Positions 1-8,434 of a stretch of DNA of 64,000 nucleotides are shown piece after piece. The stretch comes from Hyphomonadaceae bacterium. GTDB lineage: Bacteria; Pseudomonadota; Alphaproteobacteria; Caulobacterales; Hyphomonadaceae. The position numbers and the translations under genes were made by a program. Where the stretch lies: positions 4,291 to 68,290 of the forward strand of contig CANJXY010000001.1 of the NCBI GenBank assembly GCA_947478925.1, in the 5' to 3' direction. Within the stretch, counting starts at the first letter, position 1, and every line of letters starts with the position of its first letter. The notes beneath the pieces are model-generated. The model worked only from the letters and a program-made list of their open reading frames with translations, made no database searches and had not been told where the DNA came from.

Positions 1-1135
1 CAAAAAGGTTGGCGTTCGGATCCGCGCGCTCCAGCACAAAGCTGCGGCCGATCCGCGAGCGCCCCAGCAACCCATCCGACCTTTCGGGTGCGTTCTGCGT
101 TGTGAAAGTCGCCGTCGCCCGGCTCGTCAGCGCCTCACCCAGCTCTTTCGGCGTCAGGTACAGATTCTCCGGCGGCAACACGTGCTGCACCGTTCCCGCA
201 GCCACGCCCGCCGACTTCCGTGCTTCATAATAATCATCAGCCTGCGCCAGCCGCTCGGACGTCGCCTCCGCCGCAGACGGATCGATGCCGATCAGCGCGT
301 CCTGGCCGATGTAATCGAACAGTGTCTCCAGCTTCGCATAGAACAGCGGCAACCACTGCTCCACACCCTGCCGCCGGATGCGCTCGCGTGCCGCCTCATA
401 GGTCGGATCACCGCCCGGGGAGCCCAGCTCCGACAGGAAGTTCCGTCGCAACATGTTGAGCGCCTCATCGGAGAAATCGATCTCGCTCACCGGCGCGAGC
501 ACAACCTCCTTCAGGTCCAGCGTCGAACGCTGCGTCTCCGGATCGAAATAACGCGCCGTCTCCAGCTCATCGCCAAAGAAGTCGAGCCGCACCGGCTCCG
601 GCAACCCCGCCGGGAAGATGTCGACGATCCCCCCGCGCATCGAATACTCGCCCGGCTCCCGCACCGTCGACGCCCGGCTATAGCCATTGATGTCGAGATA
701 GGCGCGCACCCTCTCCGCCGCCACCGCCTCTCCCACCCGCGCCACAAACGCCGCCACACCCATATGCGACCTTGGCGGCACGCGTTGCACGACGGAGGCC
801 GCCGTTGTCACCACCAGCATCGGCGCCGATTTCGCGCTCCGGCTCGCCAGCCGCGCCAGCGCCGCGCACCGCGCCGCCGAAATCGCCGGACTCGGGCTTA
901 CGCGGTCGTATGGCAGGCAGTCCCACGCTGGCAGGTTCACAACATCCAGCAAAGGCGCAAAGAACCTGGCCGCCGCAAACGCCATCAGCGCATGGCGATC
1001 GTCCCGCGCGACATAGAGCGCCACCCCGCCCCGCTTCTGCGCCGCCTCCGCGATCAGCCGCACGTCCGCAATGAACGGCGTCTCATAGACCCGCACCGGC
1101 GTTTTCTGTTGGGAGAGAGCGTCCCAGACCCGCAT
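1..1135 (-). CDS. mfd: transcription-repair coupling factor Mfd, N-terminal part (gene runs off the left edge)
   Basis: Absent from the ORF track because there is no stop in the window. My translation from the minus-strand ATG at 1135 reads MRVWDALSQQKTPVRVYETPF...VREPGEYSMRGGIVDIFPAGLPEPVRLDFFGDELETARYFDPETQRS. This is the UvrB-like N-terminal module of Mfd and stays open to position 1. The listed plus-strand ORFs here are Arg-rich antisense shadows. Confidence 0.8.
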   Translation of the reverse strand, partial: MRVWDALSQQKTPVRVYETPFIADVRLIAEAAQKRGGVALYVARDDRHALMAFAAARFFAPLLDVVNLPAWDCLPYDRVSPSPAISAARCAALARLASRSAKSAPMLVVTTAASVVQRVPPRSHMGVAAFVARVGEAVAAERVRAYLDINGYSRASTVREPGEYSMRGGIVDIFPAGLPEPVRLDFFGDELETARYFDPETQRSTLDLKEVVLAPVSEIDFSDEALNMLRRNFLSELGSPGGDPTYEAARERIRRQGVEQWLPLFYAKLETLFDYIGQDALIGIDPSAAEATSERLAQADDYYEARKSAGVAAGTVQHVLPPENLYLTPKELGEALTSRATATFTTQNAPERSDGLLGRSRIGRSFVLERADPNANLF

Positions 1136-1235
1136 CAGTCACTCACACAACAATAGATCCGCCGCCCGAACGCCTCTTTGAGCGCCAGGATGCAGACCTG
1201 TCCCGGTTCGCCGCACCCGTCCGGGCGCGCCTCAC

Positions 1236-1502
1236 CTATCCGGGGGCGGCATATCGGAAGGAAAGGAGCAGGTCGAGCACTTCTGTCCGCTGATCCGCCG
1301 TCGGCGCGCCCCGGCCCATGATCCAGTCGAAAACATGCTGGTCGGGGATATCCAGCACCGCCTCGAACTCGCCCAATTGGCGTTCATCGAACGTCGCCAG
1401 ATGCGCATCGGTGAACTGCTGCATGTAGAGGTCCAGCTCCCTGAACCCCCGCCGGTCCGACCGGAACTTCAGCTTGCGGCGCCAGATATCGAGATCGCTC
1501 AT
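1236..1502 (-). CDS. sdhE: FAD assembly factor SdhE (succinate dehydrogenase assembly factor 2, DUF339)
   Basis: Internal ATG at 1502 of ORF 1236..1742. MSDLDIWRRKLKFRSDRRGFRELDLYMQQFTDAHLATFDERQLGEFEAVLDIPDQHVFDWIMG matches the SdhE pattern (RG..E.D..L..F ... D.D...W). Sitting next to mfd is typical for alphaproteobacteria. Confidence 0.8.
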   Translation of the reverse strand: MSDLDIWRRKLKFRSDRRGFRELDLYMQQFTDAHLATFDERQLGEFEAVLDIPDQHVFDWIMGRGAPTADQRTEVLDLLLSFRYAAPG

Positions 1503-1821
1503 GCGCTCTCTAAGCACATTGCCGCCCAATCCAGCCACCCTCCATCCAACATTTGTTGGAAAGCCCCGGTGCGGCCTACCGCAGTGGCTTGAATTCCTTA
1601 AGGGAGCAACCCGCGCGGCACTGCCCCACTGTCCTTCGCAAGCCGGGCAGAAAGCCCTGCGTATAAGCGATGAGCCTTCCGGCCGTATCCGCCTTGGTGA
1701 ACCGCACTTCAGCACTTTCGAAGCTTTTGCAAGCAAGCTCATATATGCCCGCGTCGCGGCCGATGATACCGAGGATCATCTCTCTTCACCCGCGATCTGC
1801 GCCTGAACTTGTCTCGACCAT

Positions 1822-3060
1822 CTACGCAATTCGGATATCGACAAGTCTCTGCTGCTCGGCAATGGCCTCTGCGAACCGACCGACATTGGCGAGATGCTGC
1901 GAGCAGGCCCAAGCCCCGTTGAAATTCAGCACGCGGGCGGACCGATCCCTGTCCTCGATCTCGACAAGCCTTGCGACTGCCTTGCGCGCGGCCACAGGCA
2001 AGTCTTCGCCTTCGAGCGCTTGGTCCACCGATACAGCCGCGGCATATCTATCTGCGCTAGCCCCAGCCGATCCAGTAGAGCAGCGTCGGGTTTCCCGGCG
2101 CTCGCTTTTCGGCAGCAACGAGTTCTTCAAGCGCCCCGCGTAGTTCGACGTAGCCCTCCGCCTTCGGGTCTCGCAACGACCACGCGAGTCCACGACTGTG
2201 CTTGGAGATGGCGTGTTCGATCAACGCAGCATCACCCTTCTGCCCGACGGGCGGCCATGCGTTGACCAGCCCATCGTGAGCGTCAGCGCCAGCGCGTCGA
2301 GATAGGATTGCGCCTTCTCCGCCAGGCCGGCCCGCGCTGTCGAGTTACCCGGCACCGAACGCAACTGGTCGTTCAAGTCGAACAGTAGATAGTGCGCGAG
2401 TGCGCGCACATCCTCGAACCGCCGCGCCCCCGCCGCCCGCGCGCCGACCGCCAACACGAACGCCGCAGCCGTGCCTGCAAGTGGGCCAAGTATAAGGACA
2501 ACGCCAGTCGTCACAGCAATCGCCGCGCGTCTGTGCCGCCCGATAAACTTGCGAAACGCATAGTCGCGCCCACCCTTGAACGCGGCAACCGGATACCCAT
2601 CGCGCAAGTTTCGGATGTCGGCCGCCATCATCTCGACGGATGCGTAGCGATCCTGAGGCGCCAAGGCGGTTGATCGTCGGCTCCGAGAGGCCGGTCGCCA
2701 GCGCAACGTCCTCCACCGTCATAACCCCGAAATATCGCATCTCAACAAGCTCCGCGAGCTGGGCATCCAACACCTTCAACCTGACAAGCGCAGAATTGAG
2801 GGTAAGCGGATCAAACCGCTCGTCGCCATCGACGCGGGTGGTCAGTTCCACCTTCTGGTGCTTGCGTTTTCCGCCCCCCCCATCTGGCGGGCGTGGTTGA
2901 CCAGGATGTTCCGCATCACCCGCGAAGCCAGCGCCAACCTGTGGGTCCGGTCAGCCACGGAAAGCCCGTCCGCCTGAACGATCCGCATCACCGATACATT
3001 GACAAGGACACTCGTCGACAGCGCAATCAGCGGATGGAACTCACCGGGATCGCGGCGCTC
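1822..3060 (-). pseudogene. relic of an ECF-type sigma factor / Ser-Thr kinase / TPR fusion gene (5'-truncated, kinase core deleted, frameshifted)
   Basis: My minus-strand translation from 3060 gives ERRDPGEFHPLIALSTSVLVNVSVMRIVQADGLSVADRTHRLALASRVMRNILVNHARQMGGGGKRKHQKVELTTRVDGDERFDPLTLNSALVRLKVLDAQLAELVEMRYFGVMTVEDVALATGLSEPTINR (Sigma70_ECF-like). It starts inside the stop codon of the upstream gene, so the N-terminus is missing. At about 2660 the frame changes straight into the kinase C-terminal tail DRYASVEMMAADIRNLRDGYPVAAFKG..RKFIGRHRRAAIAV, followed by a TM segment and LFDLNDQLRSVPGNSTARAGLAEKAQSYLDAL. Further frame changes occur near 2245 and 2050. Confidence 0.6.
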
Positions 3061-4267
3061 AGTAGATCAAGTACGGCTTCCGCTCGACCCTCCAGGCCTG
3101 CTCGTCAGGCACGGTGATCGCATCCAGATCATCCGGCTGAGCCTTTGGATCATCGACCCATTCGCGCAGCTGAGGCCCGCCATTGATGACGTCGATGGCG
3201 AGATGCCCCTCCGTGTACTCGTACTTGAAGTCCAGGCCGCGCCAGAGCGGGTACTCCGGATACAAGTTCCGGATCGCCTTGAACGCCAGCGCCTGTAACC
3301 GCCACGGCCGGAAGGCTTCGTGGTCGTAGCCCGGATCCTCCGTGTGTATCTGAACCCCATTGCACATCTGCTTCACATGCTTGTGGAAGGTCGGCTCGAA
3401 GAAGCATTCACGCAGGCGACAGCCCTTCAACCAGTGCGGTGCCAACCTCTGCATCTCGGCAATCACAGCCTTCGCATCGATATCCGGAGCCCCAAACAAC
3501 TCCAGCGGCCGAGTCGTGCCGCGACCTTCCGAAAGCGTCGCGCCTTCCAGCATCACGGTCCCCGCATAAGCCCGCGCCATCCAGAGATTCGCGGCATTGG
3601 GACTTGGGTTCACCCACGTCCGCTCACCCAGCGGCCAGCCATAGCCAGGGCCTTCGTCGGGCTTGTAGCCCTCCATCGCGATCACGCGGTAATCGACCCT
3701 CAGCTTGAAATGGTCGATGAACCACTCGCCCAGCTCGCCAAGCGTCAACCCATGCCGCATCGGCATCGGCCCCGCGCCAACAAAGCTCTCGTATCCAGCG
3801 CGCAGCGTGAGTCCCTCAACCGGTCGTCCCGCCGGGTTCGGCCTGTCGAGCACCCAAACGCTCTTGCCGTGCTCCGCCGCAGCCTCGATCACGTACAGCA
3901 GCGTGGTAATGAACGTGTATATCCGGCACCCGACGTCCTGCAGGTCGACCAGCACGATGTCGAATGTGCCCATCATCTGGCCCGTCGGCCGGCGCCCTTC
4001 GCCATAGAGGCTGAACACCGGAATGCCGTGCGCGGGATCGGTGAAGTCAGGCGATTCCACCATGTTGTCCTGCTTGTCGCCGCGCATTCCGTGCTGTGGA
4101 CCGAATGCGGCCGTCACCTTCACGTCGCCACACGCCGCCAGCGCATCCAACGAATGCGTCAGGTCCGCCGTGACTGACGCCGGGTGCGCTACCAGCGCGA
4201 CGCGCTTGCCCTTCAGCGGCGCCCTCAGCGATGCGTCTTCGACCAGCCTGTCGATGCCAAACTTCAT
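3059..4267 (-). CDS. DUF1343 family protein (NamZ/YbbC-like exo-beta-N-acetylmuramidase)
   Basis: 402-aa ORF. KRVALVAHPASV...GPQHGMRGDKQDNMVES...IPVFSLYGE...DIVLVDLQDVGCRIYTFITTL...VLDRPNPAG...RHGLTLGEL...WVNPSPN is the DUF1343 signature as I recall it. No signal peptide. Confidence 0.8.
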   Translation of the reverse strand: MKFGIDRLVEDASLRAPLKGKRVALVAHPASVTADLTHSLDALAACGDVKVTAAFGPQHGMRGDKQDNMVESPDFTDPAHGIPVFSLYGEGRRPTGQMMGTFDIVLVDLQDVGCRIYTFITTLLYVIEAAAEHGKSVWVLDRPNPAGRPVEGLTLRAGYESFVGAGPMPMRHGLTLGELGEWFIDHFKLRVDYRVIAMEGYKPDEGPGYGWPLGERTWVNPSPNAANLWMARAYAGTVMLEGATLSEGRGTTRPLELFGAPDIDAKAVIAEMQRLAPHWLKGCRLRECFFEPTFHKHVKQMCNGVQIHTEDPGYDHEAFRPWRLQALAFKAIRNLYPEYPLWRGLDFKYEYTEGHLAIDVINGGPQLREWVDDPKAQPDDLDAITVPDEQAWRVERKPYLIY

Positions 4268-4812
4268 GTGGTCTCCAGCGCAGGCAGTTTCAGGACAAAT
4301 CCGTCCGGGTGATGGAAGTCAGCCTTCCCTTGAGGATGCGCCAACGCCCAGTAGGACCGCTTGCCGTCGACAGCCTCAACCACCGTCGTGACGGCCGCAG
4401 TCCACTCTCCACCCGGCAAGCCCTTCACACCCGAAAGATCGATTTCAGTCCGCAGTATGAAGGCGTCGTCGGTCGTCAGCGTCCCGATCGGAATGCCGCC
4501 CACTTCGGCGATGTTCTTCATCCCGCTGCGCTGACGCTCGAAGCTGTAGGCCGCCCAATGCCCCGTCGGCGCCATGTTGAACTCGGCATAGCCGGTCTCA
4601 TCCGCCCCGCGAATGAACAGCTCGAAGCAGGTATGCTTCCACAGCTCATCAGCCCGCACCGGCGCCAGCAGCTCGGGGATCACCAGGGCCTCGAGATCAC
4701 CACGCAGTTCATACCGCACGTCGACGCCCGTTTTCGTCCGCGTGACGACAGCCGTCACCGACTGTACGGCAGGTCCGGGCGAATCAGGATGCGGTGTCAG
4801 CGTTACATTCAT
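4264..4812 (-). CDS. DOMON-like domain protein (hypothetical)
   Basis: 182-aa ORF with high GC3. Its stop overlaps the start of the DUF1343 gene (ATGA, 4264-4267). Sequence FELFIRGADETGYAEFNMAPTGHWAAYSF...RSYWALAHPQGKADFHHPDGF resembles DOMON-like carbohydrate- or heme-binding folds. No signal peptide. Confidence 0.55.
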   Translation of the reverse strand: MNVTLTPHPDSPGPAVQSVTAVVTRTKTGVDVRYELRGDLEALVIPELLAPVRADELWKHTCFELFIRGADETGYAEFNMAPTGHWAAYSFERQRSGMKNIAEVGGIPIGTLTTDDAFILRTEIDLSGVKGLPGGEWTAAVTTVVEAVDGKRSYWALAHPQGKADFHHPDGFVLKLPALETT

Positions 4813-4845
4813 AGGGCGGACCTTATCGCCGGCCCAGCCCGCCGC

Positions 4846-5307
4846 CTATTCCCGTGACGCGATGAGGAGAAATGCAATCAGATCCCGCCGCTCGGTCTCA
4901 TCCGCGACCCCGTTCAACCGCATGGCCGTTCCCGGAACGAAACTGTCCGGCGCCAGCAACCACTGGTCCACCAGCTCGGGCGTCCAGTTCGGCTCTGCAA
5001 ACGCCAGCAGCGCAGGCGAATACTTGTAGCCCTCGGCCGTCGCCGTGCCTCGGTCGAAAACCGCATGCAGGTTCGGCCCCACCTGATGCCCGCGCGTCTT
5101 TTCGAGGAAGTGGCAGGCAGTGCATTTCCGGCCGAACAGCTCCTTGCCCTTCGTCAGGTCCGCCCCGCTGTACGGCGCTGGCAGCTCCGTCTGCATTGGT
5201 GCCGGAACCACCGGAACGAGCACCGCGGGCGCCTTGGGCGCTTCTCCGCCACACGCGGCCAAGGCCAGCGCAGAAATCATCACCGGAATCATGCCAACAA
5301 GACGCAT
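4846..5307 (-). CDS. membrane-anchored class I cytochrome c (lipoprotein)
   Basis: Internal ATG at 5307 gives MRLVGMIPVMISALALAACGG (lipobox LAAC). Heme motif CTACH, distal Met in PGTAM, cytochrome c2-like spacing. Confidence 0.75.
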   Translation of the reverse strand: MRLVGMIPVMISALALAACGGEAPKAPAVLVPVVPAPMQTELPAPYSGADLTKGKELFGRKCTACHFLEKTRGHQVGPNLHAVFDRGTATAEGYKYSPALLAFAEPNWTPELVDQWLLAPDSFVPGTAMRLNGVADETERRDLIAFLLIASRE

Positions 5308-5423
5308 CGCGCTACCTCGGGTCGGAATTGATGCCATATCTCCGGCTGGACGCCGGAACACTTCGATTGCATCAGACTTCATCGGTTCCTCCAGTTCGCT
5401 AAATGCCGCAAGGAAAGTCCGCA

Positions 5424-7004
5424 ATGACGCTCGCCAGCTGGCTAAAAGTCGAAGCCGAAGCCGCCCGCATTCGCGCCACGGAACTCCGCGCGCTCGCAGC
5501 TCGCTCCGATATGGCGCCATTCGTCTGGTCAGCGCCCCATCTGGAAGTGGACGTCGCCAAGCAGCCCATCGATGCCGGCGCTATGGCCGCCCTGCAGGCG
5601 TTCGCCGCTGAGCGCGGACTTGAGAGCAAAATCAAATCGCTGTTTGCGGCTGGTATCGTCAACGCGTCGGAAAACCGCCCTGCCCTCCACTGGGCCCTGC
5701 GCGGCGGCGGCAAGGGCATTCCCGCGATCGACACAATGAACCGCGAGGCTGAGAAAGCCGCAGCGTTCGCTGACCGCACGCGCAAGGGCGGTCTCGGCTT
5801 CCCGGTGGAGACCATTCTCCATATCGGCATCGGCGGCTCGGACCTCGGCCCCCGCCTGATGTGGGACGCCCTGCGCGACTACGCCTCGGAGGGTCCAGAC
5901 ATCCGCTTCGTCGCCAACGTCGATCCGGAAGACTTTGCCGAAGCCACCGCTGGTCTCGATGCCTCAACTACGCTGGTCCTCGTCGTGTCGAAATCCTTCA
6001 AGACCCCCGAAACCGCCTCCAACGCGCAGCTCGGCCGTGAATGGCTGGTGAAGCATCTCGGCGAAGAACAGGCCAATAAACATCTCGCTGCTGTCTCGTC
6101 GGCGCCCGACAAGGCCAAGACCTGGGGCGCTGCCGAAGACCGCATCTTCCCGATGGACGAAGCTGTCGGTGGCCGCTACTCCGTCTGGTCTTCCGTCGGC
6201 CTCTCGCTCCAGATCGCCCTCGGCGCTGACCGCTGGTCGCGCCTGCTCGCCGGCGCCGCGGAGATGGACTCGCATTTCCGCGACACGCCTCTCGCCAGCA
6301 ACACACCTGCGCGCCTCGCCATGATGGATGTGTTCCTGCACACCGCGCTCGGAATCCCCAACCGCACCGTGCTCGCCTACGCGCACCGCCTGCGCAAGCT
6401 GCCCGACTTCCTCCAGCAGCTCGAAATGGAATCCAACGGCAAAAGCACTGCCGACGACAAAGCCGGCCTGGTCGGCCCCACGGCACCCATGGTCTGGGGC
6501 TCAGTCGGCACGCTCGGCCAGCATTCCTTTCACCAGCTGCTCCATCAGGGGATGCGCCAGAGCGCCATCGAATTCGTTGTCTCGCGCGAGGCCGGCGCTG
6601 GTGATTGGCCACGCGGCCGCGCCCTTATCGCCAACGCGCTCGCGCAAGCCGAAGGCCTCCTCGCCGGACGCAGTGCCGCCGAGGCCGAGAAGCAACTCGC
6701 CGCGCAAGGCAAGATGGGACCAGCCGCCATCGAGCAGGCCCGCCACATGGGTATGCCCGGCAATCGCGGCTCCACGACCGTCCTGCTCGATGACACCACG
6801 CCCGAAAGCATTGGCGCGCTGATCGCCATGTACGAGCACCGCACATTCGCCGGCGGTATCCTCTGGGGCATCAATCCCTTTGACCAATGGGGCGTCGAAC
6901 GCGGGAAAGTTCTGGCTGAAGAGCTCGACAACGCCCTCGCAGGCGGCGACCCCGGCAAGCGCGATCCATCGACGCTACGGCTCGTTTCGCGCACCCGGCG
7001 GTAG
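5424..7004 (+). CDS. pgi: glucose-6-phosphate isomerase
   Basis: ORF 5403..7004. The second ATG at 5424 has GGAAAG 6 nt upstream. Typical Pgi blocks: NASENRPALHWALRG, IGIGGSDLGP, GGRYSVWSSVG, LEMESNGK, QHSFHQLLHQG, INPFDQWGVE. Confidence 0.9.
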   Translation: MTLASWLKVEAEAARIRATELRALAARSDMAPFVWSAPHLEVDVAKQPIDAGAMAALQAFAAERGLESKIKSLFAAGIVNASENRPALHWALRGGGKGIPAIDTMNREAEKAAAFADRTRKGGLGFPVETILHIGIGGSDLGPRLMWDALRDYASEGPDIRFVANVDPEDFAEATAGLDASTTLVLVVSKSFKTPETASNAQLGREWLVKHLGEEQANKHLAAVSSAPDKAKTWGAAEDRIFPMDEAVGGRYSVWSSVGLSLQIALGADRWSRLLAGAAEMDSHFRDTPLASNTPARLAMMDVFLHTALGIPNRTVLAYAHRLRKLPDFLQQLEMESNGKSTADDKAGLVGPTAPMVWGSVGTLGQHSFHQLLHQGMRQSAIEFVVSREAGAGDWPRGRALIANALAQAEGLLAGRSAAEAEKQLAAQGKMGPAAIEQARHMGMPGNRGSTTVLLDDTTPESIGALIAMYEHRTFAGGILWGINPFDQWGVERGKVLAEELDNALAGGDPGKRDPSTLRLVSRTRR

Positions 7005-7069
7005 ACGAACCGACTGGACAACCCGCCTCCGCCGACGGAACCTGCGTCCGACGACAGTGGGGACTTCCA

Positions 7070-8428
7070 ATGCGCATCGCCGCTCTTTCGCTTCTGGCGC
7101 TGACCACCGCATGCGCGGGGCTCCCTGACACGCACCCCATCAACCAGCCACTAGCCATCGCATCCATCGCCGCGACCGCGCCCGAATCGGACTTCGGCGT
7201 CGATGGCGACGTTGTCGCCCTCGCCCTGTCCGGCGGCGGTGCCCGTGCGGCGTCGTTCTCGCTCGGCGTCCTACAGCAACTGCGCGACATGCGTGACCCC
7301 GGCGGCAAGCCTCTGATCGACCGCGTCGCCCTCGTCACAGGTGTTTCGGGGGGCTCCATTACAGCGGCATGGTTCGGCCAGCATGGCCCCGCTGGCCTCG
7401 ACGACATGCGTAAGGCCATCCTCGACAAGGACTGGCAATCTCAGCTCAACACCACCTGGATTTCGCCCCAGAACTGGGACCGACTGATGCAGGGCGGCCT
7501 TAACGGGCCCGACAAGTTATCCATCTGGCTGGACAAGGAAGTCTTCCACGGCGCCCGCATGCGCGACATGCAGAGCCGCCCACGCATCATCATCAACGCG
7601 ACCGACCTCTATAGCGGCGCGCCCTTCGCCTTCGCTGAGCCCTGGTTTCAGGCAATCTGTAGCGACCTCGACGACGTGAGTCTGGCGGACGCCGTCTCGG
7701 CCTCCATGTCCGTGCCCGTAGCTTTCCGGCCCGTCGTGGTGAAGTCCTACGCGCAAGGTTGCCCGTCGCCCCTGCCCGATTGGGTGGGCAAGGCGGAACA
7801 CGATCGCACAGCGCCCGTCCTTCTGCGCGAGACCGCGCGCTCCTTCCGCTACTATCGCGAACCGGAACGGATGGCCTACCTGCATCTTACCGACGGCGGG
7901 GTCGCCGACAATTTCGGTGTTTCCAGTCTTGTTACAATGCGCGCTGCATCCCAGACGCTCTACGGACCGTTCTCCGCGCGCGACGCGGTGAAACTCCACC
8001 GCCTCACCTTCTTCATCGTAAACGCCGAGCGCTCAGCCGAAGGTGACTGGGCGTTGAAGCAGGCCGGCCCGGACGGCCCACAACTCGTGGAGGCCCTTCT
8101 CGGCATCGCGACCAACGCACCCAAGCGCGCCGCTGCCGACGCATTCGCCAACACGCTCGCACGATGGCAGCTGGATCTCATAAACTGGCGCTGTTCGCTG
8201 ACGCCCAACGAAGCGATTGGACTCGGCGCCGGTGCTGGCTGGAATTGCAAGGATGTCGAGATCCGGCTCGACATGATCTCGTTCGCCGACCTCAGCGACA
8301 AGCGCTTCGCCGACCTCGGCAAGGCCGCGACTGCGGTCAGCCTCCCGAAGGAAACCATCGACAACCTGATCGCAGGCGGCCGCGAAGCCATCGCCAGCAA
8401 CCCAGAAATCCTGAAGTTCACACGCTAG
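7070..8428 (+). CDS. patatin-like phospholipase family lipoprotein
   Basis: Signal and lipobox MRIAALSLLALTTACAG. Oxyanion motif GGGARAAS, nucleophile elbow GVSGGS, catalytic Asp motif DGGVADNFG. Confidence 0.85.
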   Translation: MRIAALSLLALTTACAGLPDTHPINQPLAIASIAATAPESDFGVDGDVVALALSGGGARAASFSLGVLQQLRDMRDPGGKPLIDRVALVTGVSGGSITAAWFGQHGPAGLDDMRKAILDKDWQSQLNTTWISPQNWDRLMQGGLNGPDKLSIWLDKEVFHGARMRDMQSRPRIIINATDLYSGAPFAFAEPWFQAICSDLDDVSLADAVSASMSVPVAFRPVVVKSYAQGCPSPLPDWVGKAEHDRTAPVLLRETARSFRYYREPERMAYLHLTDGGVADNFGVSSLVTMRAASQTLYGPFSARDAVKLHRLTFFIVNAERSAEGDWALKQAGPDGPQLVEALLGIATNAPKRAAADAFANTLARWQLDLINWRCSLTPNEAIGLGAGAGWNCKDVEIRLDMISFADLSDKRFADLGKAATAVSLPKETIDNLIAGGREAIASNPEILKFTR

Positions 8429-8434
8429 CTATGG

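Noticed and set aside
182-1156. 324-aa plus-strand ORF (and 220..459, 772..1074)
   Set aside because: Extremely Arg/Pro/His-rich with no motifs. It lies antisense to a clean Mfd reading frame, so it is a typical high-GC shadow ORF.
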